DNA from: Flaccisagitta enflata
Lineage: Eukaryota
Direction: 5' to 3'
Length of the DNA stretch: 64,000 nucleotides
NCBI GenBank assembly: GCA_965153355.1
Contig: OZ231126.1
Coordinates: 48,856,001-48,920,000, forward strand
A program made the position numbers and the translations under genes. Positions within the stretch are counted from its first letter, which is position 1; every line of letters begins with the position of its first letter. The notes under the pieces are model-generated. The model was not told the origin of the DNA, searched no databases, and saw nothing but the letters and a program-made list of their open reading frames with translations. Shown here in pieces: positions 55,636 to 64,000 of this stretch.

Positions 55636-55965
55636 ATAGGCTGGTTACCTGTAGGGTGAATTTGGCTCAAAATTTAAAATTCCTCCGCCATCTGACCATA
55701 CATTCTAAGCGGCATTTGGGCAGTACAACAGACAAGCAGAGGTCGGTATTTGATCAAGAAACCCGCACGGCAACACAATGGTAAAGTATATGAAAGCAAT
55801 TTTACGCCCATTGTAACGCTATAGTGTTGCCGTGCGGGTTTTCTTTCCTCATACCGATCTCCGCTTGCCTCAATTCCCTTTTAAATATGACGTAGAGTGT
55901 ATGGTTAGTTGGCTGAGGCGTTTTGAAATTTGACCACATTTGACCCTCCAGGTAGCCGCCCTACT
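55636..55965. mobile_element. Diverged ~330-bp foldback element
   Basis: GGCTGGTTACCTGTAGGGT..GACCATACATTCTA pairs with TAGAGTGTATGGTT..ACCCTCCAGGTAGCCGCC; the inner AAACCCGCACGGCAACAC pairs with GTGTTGCCGTGCGGGTTT. Confidence 0.65.
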
Positions 55966-56004
55966 GAGTAACCAAGACCGCAAAAAATTCCAAGAAAGTT
56001 TTGG

Positions 56005-63705
<7,701 letters not shown>

Positions 63706-64000
63706 CTTGTAGTTTCTCACAGTTTTCACTGACGATAACGATTGATTTCTGCTTTTCTGTTTTATTTAATTTTTTTATTATTATTTTTTTTGTTTGATTT
63801 TTTCTCAGTCGTCTCCAAACCGACTGCCGCTCGTCTTTTTCGCCTATTTCACGCCTTTTGTTTCGTCCTTTGACGAACGCAGAAAATGATGACAGTCGAT
63901 GGCGGCGTTTGTTTCTAAAACTAACGAACTCTCTCTTCAGCTCGTCCTCTCGCTCCCGCTTTCTCGTTCTCTAAATTCTCGCTCCCTGTGTCGGATACCG

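Overview
Intron-rich animal (invertebrate-like) genomic DNA; I found no prokaryotic features, rRNA, tRNA or CRISPR array. I reconstructed nine spliced genes by hand, checking GT/GC-AG boundaries and phases. Seven sit head-to-tail on the minus strand over about 41 kb: THUMPD1, MLYCD, an uncharacterised ~1014-aa protein with a C-terminal chromo-like domain, DDX19/Dbp5, CRCP/RPC9, CGRRF1 and PPP1R11. Their stop-to-ATG spacers are only 111-1263 nt and carry no transposons, whereas their introns are expanded by nested repeats, which suggests an operon or polycistron. Divergent from this cluster, across a double-CCAAT region, is the most novel item: an AlaX/AARSD1 trans-editing gene whose reading frame continues without a stop, inside one exon, into a complete EF1-gamma-type GST domain (about 655 aa). 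A secreted GH18 chitinase with a CBM14 at each end converges from the right. Introns contain Helentron/DINE-1-like non-autonomous elements, TA-flanked foldback MITEs, a Transib-like element with a 5-bp TSD, large inverted repeats and micro/minisatellites. Orthology calls rest on motifs and protein sequences recalled from memory; no database search was run.
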